DNA from: Eledone cirrhosa
Lineage: Eukaryota
NCBI GenBank assembly: GCA_964016885.1
Contig: OZ024742.1
Location: 146,692,001-146,756,000 of the forward strand
DNA length: 64,000 bases
Reading direction: 5' to 3'
Shown here: positions 62,881 to 64,000 of the stretch, piece by piece
Layout: every line of letters begins with the position of its first letter
Numbering within the stretch: position 1 is the first letter of the stretch
Notes under the pieces: model-generated
Database searches by the model: none
What the model was told of the DNA's origin: nothing
What the model saw: only the letters and a program-made list of their open reading frames with translations
Position numbers and translations under genes: made by a program

Positions 62881-62915
62881 TTTTCAGATGAAGGACTTAC
62901 ACCTGAAACATTAAA
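62881..62915 (+). ncRNA. Decayed minimal hammerhead in a Penelope-like terminal remnant
   Basis: TTT-CAGATGA-AGG-acttaca-CCT-GAAACATT-AAA; two substitutions from the CTGATGA and GAAACGTT consensus. Confidence 0.45.
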
Positions 62916-64000
62916 TACAATTCTATTCTATTTTCTTTAAGCATTAAACTTATATAATTCTCATAACGTTTTGTTTCTGTTTTTTTTATTTAATTTTTGT
63001 TGAGTTTTCATTATATGAGTGTGTGTATGTGCTTGTGTGTGTGTGTGTGTCTGTAATTAATGTATATCAGAAAAAGATTTTCACGACTGCAAGCAAACCA
63101 AAAAGTTGGTACTTTTTTAACAAAATCGTTTGTAATATTTGTTCTTCCCTGAGTTGTAGAAACTCCCTTGAAATATAGTTAATAAACCTTTAGAAACACA
63201 TAGCCAACAATACTATTTTTTCTCAGTTGATGTGAAACATCAATAAATAGATAAGTAGATAAGAAATGTAATTTTTAAATGTATAATCTGATTAATTAGA
63301 TATCTAATCTTGACAAACAAAATTCTGTTTTACTTTCAAGTTACATTGGATTATCTTTAAGAGCGAACGAATTATGTATTCTATCAAAATACTTTTTGTC
63401 CTTGCTATATCTTCTTCCCCTTAAAACATTCTTTGTTTCCTTGTAATTACAAAGCAGAGAAAATCCTATTAGAAGCTACCATCTTTGAGTAATGCCTAAA
63501 CACAGCTGAAGTTATCTTTGAGATTATCATCATTATTAGATCTAGACTTATCTTTGTTGATGGCATTAAACTCTTTCTATTCCATTTGACTTGCCAAAGA
63601 TAAACTCCATTAGTCCATCTATAGTCAGTGGATGACCTTCCAAGACTAGATGTATTTCAGTGTTAACCATTTCATTACTATATTTTTAAGGAAAGACACT
63701 GTCTATAATTCTGAAAACATTTTGAAACTAATGAAGAATTTGTACAGAATTAGTAATATAATTAACGTTCTCTATCTGGGCAACTAAAAGGAAGCAAGCT
63801 TTTAAAAATCTCTTAGCATCTTAGCGACAACTTTCTTAAATACTGTTTGCGTCAGTTTATTTGTTTTGGTTCTCTTTTTCTTTTTTTTTATTGCTGTTTT
63901 TTTTTTCTTCTTTTTTTGTTCCATTTCTGTCTGAATATTTAAATCTCAATAGTTGCAGTTTCAAATCCCAGTGTGTTGCTTTAATGGAATTTTTATCCCC

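Overview
AT-rich eukaryotic (metazoan, probably cephalopod/octopus-like, inferred from the SINE and RTE families) intergenic or intronic DNA. It is made almost entirely of retroelement debris and simple repeats, and I found no confident host protein-coding exon. Dominant components are: many copies of one RTE-clade LINE family whose ORF carries a PHD-type C4HC3 finger (one near full-length decayed copy, one 628-aa intact RT ORF); two tRNA-derived SINE families; CR1/L2, CRE-like and Penelope fragments; a solo LTR; a Helitron-like element; a piggyBac-type MITE; and many minisatellites. The most notable signal is in the first 8.5 kb, a dense cluster of type I hammerhead ribozymes from several distinct families. 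It includes an ORF-less, almost perfectly homogeneous 553-bp tandem array (about 3.6 units plus one inverted unit) with one hammerhead per unit, i.e. a candidate retrozyme/Penelope-pseudo-LTR system that could release unit-length (circular) RNAs. All calls were made by eye, without database searches or folding software.
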